In this document: positions 43,184 through 53,120 of the stretch, one piece after another
Layout: every line of letters begins with the position of its first letter
Position numbering within the stretch: position 1 is the first letter of the stretch
NCBI GenBank assembly: GCA_038884755.1
Contig: JAWABJ010000001.1
Location: 153,792-217,791, forward strand
Reading direction: 5' to 3'
DNA from: Candidatus Norongarragalinales archaeon
Lineage (GTDB): Archaea; Micrarchaeota; Micrarchaeia; Norongarragalinales; Norongarragalinaceae
DNA length: 64,000 bases
Notes under the pieces: model-generated
The model's input: the letters and a program-made list of their open reading frames with translations, nothing else
Databases searched by the model: none
What the model was told of the DNA's origin: nothing
Program-made: the position numbers and the translations under genes

Positions 43184-45829
43184 TCAGAGTCCTTTATTCT
43201 TTCTTCTTCCTATCGAGTAGGCGACCAGCGCAACAACGAAAACCGCGATTATGAGCGCGTAAATCAAGCTCGAGTTTTGCGTTTGGATTCTAATTGCGTT
43301 TTCGTTCGGTTTCAGGGTTTGCGTCGGCTGGATTCTATTGGACTCGGGTTTTTCCTCGTCCACCAGCGTCAAAACGGTGAACTCGTCGAGAATTTTTTCT
43401 TCAGTTTTTTCGTTCAAACTCACGCTGACCGTGAATTTTTCGAACGGCTTAAGAGAAAGCCTTTCCCACGTTGCTATTATGCTTCCTTCGCTCGTTTGAG
43501 ATGGTTTTGGTGAAATGTTTATTTTTCCGGCAATGTATTCAGAATAGTCGAAGGGCAGAGTCCACGCGAGCGTTCCTTTGAATCCCCTGCTTCCTGCAGT
43601 ATATGATAGGGAAAACACGGTTTTAGAAAGGAAAAACTCGCCTTTTATCTTAGCCCTAGGGTCTAAAGTTTTTTCTTTCACCTTCGGCGCTGGAGCCGTA
43701 ATAGTGGGCGTTGGTGTGGTTTTAGCACCACGCCAGTCTATGTAAACATCGCGTCCTCGTGAACCGCCCGAAACTACGGTCATTTGAAAGTTTGCAAGGA
43801 GAGTGGTGCAAGTTGCTGAATAGTTTTGCGCTTCGGGAAAACACGCGGTGTAGTTGAAAGTTTCAGCGAGGGCAGAAGGTGTTTGATTGCTTTCCTCTAC
43901 GTAAGAACTGTCGAAATCCACGCTAGTGCCGTTGCGGTAGAGCGTGAGATTGCCTTCCGTGACGTTTTTCCAAGCCGAAGCGTTGACTGCCACGCTTGAG
44001 GTGTAACTCCTGTCTTCTGCGCTTCCGTCGAGTGTTGCAGTGATTGAAACGCTTCCCTTGCTTACAGTGAGAAAATGCGTGTCGGTCGATGTGCTGTAAT
44101 TCGTGTTGGCATCACAGTGAATAGTGTAGTTGTAATATCCTGCCGCGAGAGTTGTTATTTCCGGGTTTGAGCGTATAGTGGAATTTCTGTACAATGTATC
44201 AATCACTATTCCGGAACAAAAGCCCGAGGCGTTTACGCTTTGAGGATATGCGATAGTCAAATCTGCGTCGGTAGAGTTGAGCAATAGGTTTGCTCCCGTG
44301 GTGTTCTTCACCACGACTATACTGTAAGTTTGCGAAGTGGAAGCTCCAACGCCATCCAACGCCGTGAAGTTATAGTAATAAGTTCCCGCAGGCAGTCCTG
44401 AAATATTGTAATTCCACACTCCAGAAGTGCTCGTTCCGTTCCAAAGACTCATGGTATAGTTGGTGTTTTGAAAACTCATGTTGACTTCGGAAATTCCGCT
44501 GTCGTCTTTCAAAGAAACGAAGAATTGCATCGTGAGTGGAGTGTTGAATTCCGAACCATTGGTGAAATTCGAGGTTTGCCACTGGAATTCTGGAGGTGCG
44601 TTTATCGAAATCGTCACTTCGCTCGAACCAACTTGATTGTCGGTAACGTTCCTTTGAGTTTGGTTCCAACGCGAGCCTACTGACGCGGTGAAATTGTGGT
44701 ATGAAGTGAATACTTTCGTTTCACTTCCGTTCAGATAATAGTGCCTTAACTCCTGCCTTTGAACGTATCCTGTAGAATTGGTGGTTCCCGAAAAGTGGGT
44801 GTGAGATTCGTTGTCTATTACCACGACATTCGCTCCTTCAACCGCAGTGCCATTAGCGTATTTGACTACCACGTCAACCCACCACAACCGGTTTACTGTG
44901 GACTGGCTTAAGTTTCCGGTTGAGAATTCAAACTTGTCGCTTTGCCAAGTGGTGTTTGTAAAGTTGAAGTTTGTGCCGTTGATTAAAGCCACCGTTCCGT
45001 TTGCGTCTCCAGTGGAGTTTGTTTGGTTGATTATAACGTTTTTGAATACTACCGTAGTGAGCAGGGAATTCCCCATTTGTATCAAGTAGTTGGTCGTAGT
45101 TTTTCCTTGACGTTGAATGAGCTTCGAGTTGTAAACCCTAAGGCTGTAATTGCCGGTCGTGTCGCTGGCGGTGTCGCCAAAACCGAAAATCACGGGAATG
45201 GCGTCTGTATCTCCAGACGCGGCGTATTCTATTCGCGAATTTTCTACTATTACCGTAATGTTGCTTTTCGTTGCTTGAGCAAATCCCGCTCTCACAAGGC
45301 TGGTGCCGGTTATAGTAATGTTGGCTATGGAATTGTTGAAATACACCACCAGCGGTGCCCCGCTTGGATTTACGGACATTTGAAGACAAGCGCCATCCGG
45401 CTGTGCGGTAAGAGTCAATTTCTTTAGAGTGCCGTTAAAAAGAACGTTGTAAAACGTTAAGTTGGAATAAGTTGTGGTTATCGAAGCGCAAGAGTCGAAT
45501 CCGGTTATGTACGCCAAGACATTAGTAAGATTGTTTCCGCCTTTACTGCCGTTTTGGAAAGAAAAAACCGTGGGGTTTCCGCTCGTTCCAGTATAGGTGG
45601 AAGTGATGTTGTAAGTTGGTTTGTCAGTTGTAAAACCGCTCGAGTTGGCTGAAGAATTGAAGGTTATGCTGGGAGTGGTTGAACTCGAAGTCGTGTGAGT
45701 CAAGTTTCCGGTTATATTATACCAGTCTCCTTGCGTTCCAATCGTGTAAGGAAGGGACGAGATTGTTATTGCAGACGCGGAGAGGAAAGAAGCCGTAACG
45801 ACTGCTAACAACAATAGCGCGATTTTCAT
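43184..45829 (-). CDS. Large Asn/Thr/Ser-rich cell-surface glycoprotein with C-terminal TM anchor
   Basis: Signal peptide; many N-x-S/T sequons; beta-rich Ig-like segments; SGGSRG/TPTPT linker; TM plus RRKNK. Confidence 0.85.
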   Translation of the reverse strand: MKIALLLLAVVTASFLSASAITISSLPYTIGTQGDWYNITGNLTHTTSSSTTPSITFNSSANSSGFTTDKPTYNITSTYTGTSGNPTVFSFQNGSKGGNNLTNVLAYITGFDSCASITTTYSNLTFYNVLFNGTLKKLTLTAQPDGACLQMSVNPSGAPLVVYFNNSIANITITGTSLVRAGFAQATKSNITVIVENSRIEYAASGDTDAIPVIFGFGDTASDTTGNYSLRVYNSKLIQRQGKTTTNYLIQMGNSLLTTVVFKNVIINQTNSTGDANGTVALINGTNFNFTNTTWQSDKFEFSTGNLSQSTVNRLWWVDVVVKYANGTAVEGANVVVIDNESHTHFSGTTNSTGYVQRQELRHYYLNGSETKVFTSYHNFTASVGSRWNQTQRNVTDNQVGSSEVTISINAPPEFQWQTSNFTNGSEFNTPLTMQFFVSLKDDSGISEVNMSFQNTNYTMSLWNGTSTSGVWNYNISGLPAGTYYYNFTALDGVGASTSQTYSIVVVKNTTGANLLLNSTDADLTIAYPQSVNASGFCSGIVIDTLYRNSTIRSNPEITTLAAGYYNYTIHCDANTNYSTSTDTHFLTVSKGSVSITATLDGSAEDRSYTSSVAVNASAWKNVTEGNLTLYRNGTSVDFDSSYVEESNQTPSALAETFNYTACFPEAQNYSATCTTLLANFQMTVVSGGSRGRDVYIDWRGAKTTPTPTITAPAPKVKEKTLDPRAKIKGEFFLSKTVFSLSYTAGSRGFKGTLAWTLPFDYSEYIAGKINISPKPSQTSEGSIIATWERLSLKPFEKFTVSVSLNEKTEEKILDEFTVLTLVDEEKPESNRIQPTQTLKPNENAIRIQTQNSSLIYALIIAVFVVALVAYSIGRRKNKGL

Positions 45830-45903
45830 TCAACTACCTCTCGACTTTTATAATTAGCTAACGAATTTGCAATTAAAAATCAAGCTGGTTTCAAGCTTTT
45901 TTG

Positions 45904-46851
45904 TCAATACGCTCGTTTTGACAATTGCTTGATCATGTCTTTAGTCATAGCTGTCAAGTCGTACTCGGGCTTCCAGCCCCATTCTTCGCGCGCTGCACTG
46001 TCGTCAATGCTTTTTGGCCAAGAGTCAGCAATAGCCTGCCTGAAGTCGGGTTTGTAGCTTATTGTGAATTCGGGAATCTCTTGCTGAATGGCGGCCGCGA
46101 TTTCGGCTGGAGAAAAACTCATTGCGGAAACGTTGAAGTCGGTTCTATGCTTTAGTTTCGAGCCGTCCGCTTCGGCAAGCTGGATTATTGCCCTGAGCGC
46201 GTCGGGCATGTACATCATTGGCAATGCAGAGTCGGGCTTGAGGAAGCACGTGTAGTGCTGGCGTTTTACGGCATAGTAGTATATTTCGACGGCGTAATCC
46301 GTAGTCCCGCCTCCGGGTTGCGTGACGTTGCTTATTATTCCCGGCAAGCGCAATCCGCGCACGTCCACTCCGAATTTCTTGAAGTAATAATTCCCGAGCA
46401 GCTCGCCGTGCACTTTGGAAATGCCGTACATGGTGGTTGGCTTGAGTATGGTTTCGTTGGGCGTGTTGTCTCGCGGCGTTTCGGGCCCGAAGACTGCGAT
46501 TGAACTGGGAACCATCACGCGCTCGAGTTTTTTCTCCCTCGCCGTCTCGAGAACGTTGTATAACGTGGTGTTGTTGACGAAATAAGCGAATTGCGGGTTT
46601 TTTTCCCCTGCTGCCGAAAGTATTGACGCCAAGTGGTATATCGCGTCAACGCCGTTTTTTTCTACGCAAGCGTCAATCTGCTCTTTTTTCGTCGCATCCA
46701 ATACGCCGGTAGGTCCGTGGTTTTGCGCTTCCGGCGAAGCGGGCTTGATGTCCGTCGCAATAACGTTTTCCTTCCCGTATTTTTTTCTCAACTCAGGGAC
46801 GAGTTCAGAGCCGATTTGCCCGAACGCACCTATGACTAGGACTTTTTTCAC
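45904..46851 (-). CDS. L-threonine 3-dehydrogenase (SDR/GalE-like type)
   Basis: GAFGQIG, PSSIAVFG, YGISK, PGGGTTDYAV, LPMMYMPD; divergent from kbl. Confidence 0.9.
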   Translation of the reverse strand: MKKVLVIGAFGQIGSELVPELRKKYGKENVIATDIKPASPEAQNHGPTGVLDATKKEQIDACVEKNGVDAIYHLASILSAAGEKNPQFAYFVNNTTLYNVLETAREKKLERVMVPSSIAVFGPETPRDNTPNETILKPTTMYGISKVHGELLGNYYFKKFGVDVRGLRLPGIISNVTQPGGGTTDYAVEIYYYAVKRQHYTCFLKPDSALPMMYMPDALRAIIQLAEADGSKLKHRTDFNVSAMSFSPAEIAAAIQQEIPEFTISYKPDFRQAIADSWPKSIDDSAAREEWGWKPEYDLTAMTKDMIKQLSKRAY

Positions 46852-47013
46852 TCAGCATACCCCCTAGCAAACATTATTTTTTGTTAAAAATATTTTGGGC
46901 TCAATCCTTAAAAGACGAAGGCAATTCGCCGATTGTCGTTGTTGCTTTCGGTTTTTATTGTTTGTGCGGCTAGTTTTGTTTATTGCATTGGTTTCTTGGG
47001 AAGGCGTTGAACA

Positions 47014-48210
47014 ATGGCTAAACGGGATGCGACTTCGTTCTTGAAGCAGGAGTATGAAGCGCTGGTGCAGCAAAGCTTGGACTGGCGGATAAAGCAGTTG
47101 CAAGGCCCTTCAACCGCGCACGCGAAAGTCGACGGCAAGAATGTTTTGATGCTTTGTTCTAACAATTACTTGAATTTGTCCAACCACCCCAAACTCAAGG
47201 AAGCGGCTATACGCGCGGTGCAAACGCACGGCGCAGGGAGCGGCAGCGTAAGGGCAATTGCGGGAAGCATGGATTTGCACTTGGCTTTGGAAAGAAAGAT
47301 AGCTTCGTTCAAACACGCCGAAGCAGCGTTGTACTATCAGACTGGTTTTGCGGTGAACGCGGGTTTGATTCCGCAGTTGGTGGGCGAAGGCGACGTGGTG
47401 ATAAGCGATGAATTAAACCACGGTTCCATCATTGACGGCGTAAGGTTGAGCAAGGCGGAACGCGCGATTTACAAGCACTGTGACGTCGGCGATTTGGAGA
47501 GAGTATTGAAGGAATTGGATTCCAGACCCACGCCCCCGAGAAGAATTTTGGTTATCACTGACGGTGTTTTTTCTATGGACGGCGACATCGCGCCGTTGGA
47601 CAAGATTGCCGGCATTGCAGAAGCGCACGGCGCGATGGTTTACGTTGACGACGCGCACGGCGACGGAGTGCTGGGCGAAGGCGGGAGGGGTATAGTAAAT
47701 CATTTTCATTTGGAGGGGAAAGTGCACGTGGAAATGGGCACTTTCTCGAAAGCTTTCGGAGTCGTCGGGGGCAGTATTGCCGGTAGCAAAGACTTGGTTG
47801 CTTTCGCGTTGAACAAGTCGCGCACTTGGCTGTTGAGCGGTTCTGCGCCTCCTGCGACTGTCGCTGCATGCTTTGCAGCGCTGGAAGTTTTGGAAACAGA
47901 GCCGCAGCATTTCAAGAAACTGTGGGACAACACGAATTACTTCAAGAAAGAGTTGCAGGCGCTGGGTTTCGATACGGGCGTGAGCCAAACGCCCATAACG
48001 CCAGTGATAGTTGGGGAAAGCGGGAAAGCGAAAGCGTTGAGCGAAAAGCTCTTTGAAACAGGCGTTTTCGCCCTGCCCATTGTTTTTCCGATGGTTGCGA
48101 AAGACAAGGCGAGAATACGCACGATGATGAATGCAGGGCTTTCGAAAGAGGATTTGGATTTTGCTTTGAACGCATTCGAAAAATCGGGCAAGGAACTCGG
48201 AATAATTTGA
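47014..48210 (+). CDS. kbl: 2-amino-3-ketobutyrate CoA ligase (glycine C-acetyltransferase)
   Basis: CSNNYL, SDELNHGSIIDG, DGVFSMDGD, DDAHG, TFSKA (PLP Lys); paired with threonine dehydrogenase. Confidence 0.85.
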   Translation: MAKRDATSFLKQEYEALVQQSLDWRIKQLQGPSTAHAKVDGKNVLMLCSNNYLNLSNHPKLKEAAIRAVQTHGAGSGSVRAIAGSMDLHLALERKIASFKHAEAALYYQTGFAVNAGLIPQLVGEGDVVISDELNHGSIIDGVRLSKAERAIYKHCDVGDLERVLKELDSRPTPPRRILVITDGVFSMDGDIAPLDKIAGIAEAHGAMVYVDDAHGDGVLGEGGRGIVNHFHLEGKVHVEMGTFSKAFGVVGGSIAGSKDLVAFALNKSRTWLLSGSAPPATVAACFAALEVLETEPQHFKKLWDNTNYFKKELQALGFDTGVSQTPITPVIVGESGKAKALSEKLFETGVFALPIVFPMVAKDKARIRTMMNAGLSKEDLDFALNAFEKSGKELGII

Positions 48211-48232
48211 GCGAAAAAAGGTTGGTTTTTCT

Positions 48233-49660
48233 TTGAGCAAGACGAAAATCGTTTGCACCCTCGGCCCTTCCACTTCGTCCGAGGAAACTATACGCAAGCT
48301 CGCGCGCAAGGGCATGGACGTTGCGCGCTTGAACTTTTCCCACGGCAGGCTTTCCGACCACGCTAGAATGATTTCCTTAGTGAAGAAAGTGCGGCGCGAA
48401 TTGGGGGTTCCGATTGCGATTCTTGCGGACTTGCAGGGTCCGCGCATTCGAACCGGCGTTTTCAAGAGCGGAAAGGCGGAATTGAAGCGCGGGAGCACGG
48501 TGCTCGTCAATTCCGAGAGCGATTTCGTCGGTTCCGGCCGCGAGTTCAGCATTCCTTACGCCCGCTTGTCCAAGGAAGTGGGCGTGGGCGACAGGATTTT
48601 CATCGACGGCGGGCTCATCGAGCTTTTGGTCGTGGGAAAGAAAAACGGGGTTTTGGCTGCAGAGGTCGTTGAAGGCGGGGAAGTGGGCGACCACAAGGGC
48701 GTCAACCTTCCCAACGCCGACATTTCACTCAACTCCCTCACCCGCAAGGACTTGCGCGACTTGAAGTTTTTGCAGTCTCAAAACGCGGATTACGTGGCGC
48801 AGAGCTTCGTGCGCGTAGCGGGAGACGTGATGTTTTTGAAAAAAAAGCTTTCCAGGTGGAAGCTCAAGCCGAAAGTAATTGCAAAGATAGAGACTGCTAA
48901 GGCGCTGTACGACATTGATGCGATAATCGACGAGAGCGACGGCATAATGATCGCGCGCGGGGATTTGGGCATAGAGCTCAACCCCGAGGAAGTGCCGTTA
49001 ATCCAAAAAAGCTTGATTAAAAAGTGCAACGCGGCTTTCAAGCCCGTCATTACTGCAACGCAGATGCTCGAGAGCATGACGTACTCTCCCATTCCCACGC
49101 GTGCGGAGGCGAGCGATGTTGCGAACGCAGTTCTCGACGGAACCGACGCGTTGATGCTCAGCGGCGAGACCGCGATGGGAAAATACCCTTTGAAGGCAGT
49201 GGAAACTATGGATTCGATAGCCAAGAAGGCGGAATTCGTCTTGACGCACGCCCCGCACTTCGACTCTTTCGAGGGAAAGCCCCTTCATCATTCCATAGTC
49301 GAGGCGATAAGCGGCGCAGTCACGCACACGGCTTTTCACTTGAAGGCGAAGTTCATCGTCGCCTATACCACGCACGGAACTACTGCGAGGCTGATTTCAA
49401 AACACAAGCCTCCCCAGAAAATAATCGCTTTCACCCCCCACGAGTCGGCGCGAAACCAGTGCGCGTTGTTGTGGGGCGTCGAACCGCTGCTTTTGCGCAA
49501 GGCGGGCGGGCTGGAAGATTTCACGCGCATGGCGGAAACGGAATTGAAGGCGAGAAAGCTCGTGAAGAAAGGCGATTTGCTTGTTTTGACCGCGGGCATT
49601 CCGCTTGAAGTGAGCGGGAACACGAACGTAATGAAAGTGCACGTGGTAAACGGCTTTTGA
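48233..49660 (+). CDS. pyk: Pyruvate kinase
   Basis: TKIVCTLGP, RLNFSHG, KIE, MIARGDLG, ATQMLESM, PTRAE, MLSGETA. Confidence 0.97.
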   Translation: MSKTKIVCTLGPSTSSEETIRKLARKGMDVARLNFSHGRLSDHARMISLVKKVRRELGVPIAILADLQGPRIRTGVFKSGKAELKRGSTVLVNSESDFVGSGREFSIPYARLSKEVGVGDRIFIDGGLIELLVVGKKNGVLAAEVVEGGEVGDHKGVNLPNADISLNSLTRKDLRDLKFLQSQNADYVAQSFVRVAGDVMFLKKKLSRWKLKPKVIAKIETAKALYDIDAIIDESDGIMIARGDLGIELNPEEVPLIQKSLIKKCNAAFKPVITATQMLESMTYSPIPTRAEASDVANAVLDGTDALMLSGETAMGKYPLKAVETMDSIAKKAEFVLTHAPHFDSFEGKPLHHSIVEAISGAVTHTAFHLKAKFIVAYTTHGTTARLISKHKPPQKIIAFTPHESARNQCALLWGVEPLLLRKAGGLEDFTRMAETELKARKLVKKGDLLVLTAGIPLEVSGNTNVMKVHVVNGF

Positions 49661-49685
49661 CTTTGTTTTGCTTGCCTTTTTTTTT

Positions 49686-52600
49686 TCAAACGAAGTTTGC
49701 TAGCGAAAACTGCTTTTCGGCTTTTTCGCGAAACACTTCCTTTATCTCGCGTTCGATGAGCATGAGCCTTTGCTTGAGGTATTCCGGCAAATCAAACCGT
49801 TCCGCCATTTCCTTGGCGATGCCGAGGTACTTTTCAATTCCCGCCTTGTGTATAGTGAGCAAAAGCTTTCCGCCGCACTTGCGGCATTTGCCAGCCAAAG
49901 GCGGGCGGCGGTATTTAGCGTTGCATTCGCCGCAGCGGAATTTCTGGCGGGAGAACGAGCGCAGGTTCCCGTAAAGGTCCGGGAAAAAGTGCGAGAGGAT
50001 TATGCGTTCGGCCGCCTGTTGCGCGTCGACGGCGCGGATTTTTTCCATCAGGCGCAGTTCGGCCTCGAGTTTTTGCTGCATGCTTGTGGCGAGCTTGACG
50101 TAGCTGCTTCTGAAGGGCGTGAGCGGGTCTATGGTGCAGGCGTGCGTGAACCCTATGCCTTCGTACTGCTGTTCCTTTCCGAGCGTGTCGGAAATTGTTT
50201 CTATCTGCACTTCGCCGGGACTGGAGTAGTTGAGCGTAGCTTGGTAGAATTCCAGTGGGTAAGCCCACGCCCGGTCCATGGCGTGCACTTCGTCGTCCAC
50301 TTCCAGTGGGTCGAGAATGGTCGTCAGCACGAGCGGCGCGTCCATTTTCCCGCCGCGCGTTTCCGGCAGGAATTCACGGGAAAAATTAAGGAGCCCGTCC
50401 ATCATCATTATTATCGCTAGTTCATCTCCGTCCGCGTTTCTCCGGCAGGCGCAGTGCAGGTAAGGGTGCGCTATTATGCCTTGCACTTGCGCGTAGCCTA
50501 TGACCCTGCACACTATTCCTGCTGAAGTGTGCGGGGCGATTGCGATGCTTTGCGTTCCCACCAAGTCCTTTTCGCTCGAGGCGTTGTAGAATGCCGGCAA
50601 GTTGTAAAAGTAAACGAGCAAATCGTCGATGAAGCGGGAAACGCGCAGCAAATACTGCATGCACTCTTGCGAAACGATGATGTCTTGGGGTTTGAGTTCC
50701 ACGAGCTGGCTTTCGTTTTCCAACGCGTTTCCAAGCGCGTCTTTCTCGTAACCCATTTCCCTGAGTTTTTCCACGCTCGTGCCTATTTCGGCGGGGTAAA
50801 AGTGCGTGCACGGGATTTCGGTCGCGTCAAAGCGGCTGGTGCCGTCTCGGAACACGGTGATTCCGTGCTTTGCTCGAAGAAAGCCTTTCTCGAGGGCTTC
50901 TGGCGTTTTTCTCGCGGAAATCAGGCCTTGCACCGCCTTGACTTCGTCGGGCACGAGCCCAGTTTTTGCAATGGCGTTGTCGACCGCGCGTACTAGGTTG
51001 AGCTGCTGAATTTCGAACGCAGCGCCTTCGCTTCCACACTGGCATTCTTGTTTTTCGTTGAGCCTTCCGCACTTGGGGCATTTGAATGCGGGCGTGGTCT
51101 TCCCGCCGCAATCGCATTTTCTCGCCCAGTTTTGCTTTCCACAATCCGCGCACTTTCTCACTTCAAGTTCGAATTCGGCAGTGGGGCTTCCGCCGGATTG
51201 CTTGACCGTAGCGTAAGCTTTCTTTACGCTTCGCACTTTTCCGCCCAGGAAGCCGATGGGGAAAAGCGAGTGAACGGGCGGCTTCATCTTGCGCTCGCGG
51301 CTTTTTTCAGGCCTGCCCATAGCGCTTCCAACGTAAACCCCGCTTTTTCCGCGGATTTCGAACGGCGAGACAGAGTTTATTATTTGCAAAACGCTTTTGT
51401 CCTTGCTTTCGGCAATCGCCTTTCTCACTGCCGAAGCGTCTAGTTTTTTGCTTTTCAGCATTCCCAATGGCGCGAGGAGGGAAAGCGCGGCGTCCTTGCC
51501 GAAAATTATTTCACTTTCTTTCACCGAATGCTCGACGCCGAGGTTTTCGAGAATGGTTTTTTCCTGCGCGAGAGGCAGGGAAAAGCTCTTGAATTCGAAC
51601 CACTCCATTTCCAGCCTGCCTTTTTCCAAGTACGCCACGAGTTTTTCCAATTCTTCGGCGTTCAAGTCGCTCCAGAACAGAGTGTGAGAAGGCGCGAGGG
51701 GGACGCCGTGTTTTTCGCAAAGTTCTTTCGCGCCGTCGAAGGAAATGGTCTTGAGTTCTTGCGCAGTTTTCTCTATTCCCCTGCCTTTCAACTCTAGGGC
51801 AAGCCACTCTTCCACCCACGGGGAAGGGACGAGCGGGTGGGCGCTCTTGTTGAAATCGCCGTAGCAGCACAGCATGTCGCCGAGAAAAAGTATTTCCTTG
51901 ACTTTGTTGCGCAGCGCGTAAGCCTCGTCAATGTTCGATATTTTTTTTACGCTGTCGTCGTCCAAAAGCACTATGGGCCCGTCGATAGTTTCGCAGGGGG
52001 TTACGATGCACCCTTTAGCTGGGCGTTCGGTTTTCACTTGAGTGCCGAACACAGGAAAATCGTCCAGCAAAACCATTGTGGCAGGGTGAATTGCTTTGGC
52101 CAGAATTCCAGTGAACCGAGTTCTGCCGTAGCGAAGGCGGAAGCCGCCTTTGCGCATGGGGAAAGAGAATATCGGGCGTCCAGCGACGATTTCTTCCATG
52201 AACCTTTCGTTCGGCTTTATTTCGACTTTCTTCGCTTCTTGCTTGGCGACTTTAATCAAATTCTCGAGCCACTGCCAGTCGAGCCCGTTTTTTTTCGCGA
52301 TTTTCAAGACTTTCGCCGCTTTCAAGCACACGCCTTCGCCTATCACCAGGCACACGCCGCTTCTCACGCGGTTGGTTTCTATCGAGGCTACGTCCCTGTT
52401 CACGCTCACTTCATATTCTTCGGTGGGCTCTCCATCTATGCGGACGGGGCAGTTTTTCACCACCCAAATTGTTTCTTCGCGCGTCGGCACGTATTGTCCA
52501 GCGCGTGTTTTGCGCGCGTACAATCCTGTTTCTTCAACATAGCGTTCGAGCTCGCTTTCGAGCGGGCGGTACTCTCGGATGCCGAAAAACTTCCTGCAAT

Positions 52601-53120
52601 AATCCGCCAGTAGCAGGGCGAACGCCTGTCCCGTTCCCCCTGCCCCGCGTATCGGGCCTGCAAAGTACACGCCAACGTAATCGCTCCCGTCTGGGTTTTG
52701 CTTGATTTTTATTTTCGAAACGCCTTCAATCGGCGCCGAAACCACCCCTTCCGTGAAAAGCGCGAGGCCGGTGCGCACCGCCTGTTCGATGAGCTTTTCC
52801 TTGTCTTCCTTGGAATCGGTTTTTTCCTGGCTTTCTTGCAATGAAAACTGTTTTTCCAGGATTTTCTTAGCGATTTCAAAGCAGGTTTTCTCACGGTTGT
52901 GCTGTTCGCCTAGAGCGCGTATCGTTTCCGCAACGCCTTTCGGCCCCACCAGTCCTTCGACGCGTGCGGCGACGTCTTGCGCAGGCGCTATTTCCACTGT
53001 TGCTACGGGGTCGAGGTTTCTTTCCCTCGCTTTCCCAGCTGCTTCCAACTGCTTCTGCAATTCGCCTTCAAGCATTCTGAAGTAGCCTTTCATTTCCTGC
53101 GAAGAGTTCTGGGTGTTCAC
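49686..53120 (-). CDS. polC: DNA polymerase II (PolD) large subunit DP2
   Basis: GPIRGAGGT, GGFRLRYGR, MGRPEK, RRNADGDE catalytic motif, C-terminal Zn finger. Confidence 0.97.
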   Translation of the reverse strand: MNTQNSSQEMKGYFRMLEGELQKQLEAAGKARERNLDPVATVEIAPAQDVAARVEGLVGPKGVAETIRALGEQHNREKTCFEIAKKILEKQFSLQESQEKTDSKEDKEKLIEQAVRTGLALFTEGVVSAPIEGVSKIKIKQNPDGSDYVGVYFAGPIRGAGGTGQAFALLLADYCRKFFGIREYRPLESELERYVEETGLYARKTRAGQYVPTREETIWVVKNCPVRIDGEPTEEYEVSVNRDVASIETNRVRSGVCLVIGEGVCLKAAKVLKIAKKNGLDWQWLENLIKVAKQEAKKVEIKPNERFMEEIVAGRPIFSFPMRKGGFRLRYGRTRFTGILAKAIHPATMVLLDDFPVFGTQVKTERPAKGCIVTPCETIDGPIVLLDDDSVKKISNIDEAYALRNKVKEILFLGDMLCCYGDFNKSAHPLVPSPWVEEWLALELKGRGIEKTAQELKTISFDGAKELCEKHGVPLAPSHTLFWSDLNAEELEKLVAYLEKGRLEMEWFEFKSFSLPLAQEKTILENLGVEHSVKESEIIFGKDAALSLLAPLGMLKSKKLDASAVRKAIAESKDKSVLQIINSVSPFEIRGKSGVYVGSAMGRPEKSRERKMKPPVHSLFPIGFLGGKVRSVKKAYATVKQSGGSPTAEFELEVRKCADCGKQNWARKCDCGGKTTPAFKCPKCGRLNEKQECQCGSEGAAFEIQQLNLVRAVDNAIAKTGLVPDEVKAVQGLISARKTPEALEKGFLRAKHGITVFRDGTSRFDATEIPCTHFYPAEIGTSVEKLREMGYEKDALGNALENESQLVELKPQDIIVSQECMQYLLRVSRFIDDLLVYFYNLPAFYNASSEKDLVGTQSIAIAPHTSAGIVCRVIGYAQVQGIIAHPYLHCACRRNADGDELAIIMMMDGLLNFSREFLPETRGGKMDAPLVLTTILDPLEVDDEVHAMDRAWAYPLEFYQATLNYSSPGEVQIETISDTLGKEQQYEGIGFTHACTIDPLTPFRSSYVKLATSMQQKLEAELRLMEKIRAVDAQQAAERIILSHFFPDLYGNLRSFSRQKFRCGECNAKYRRPPLAGKCRKCGGKLLLTIHKAGIEKYLGIAKEMAERFDLPEYLKQRLMLIEREIKEVFREKAEKQFSLANFV

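Noticed and set aside
47014..48210. BioF (8-amino-7-oxononanoate synthase) assignment
   Set aside because: Same family, but pairing with threonine dehydrogenase and absence of other bio genes favour Kbl; not fully excluded.
29130..53120. Inteins in PolB or DP2, or an inactivated PolB
   Set aside because: Lengths are normal, catalytic motifs are intact, and no intein splice or LAGLIDADG motifs were seen.
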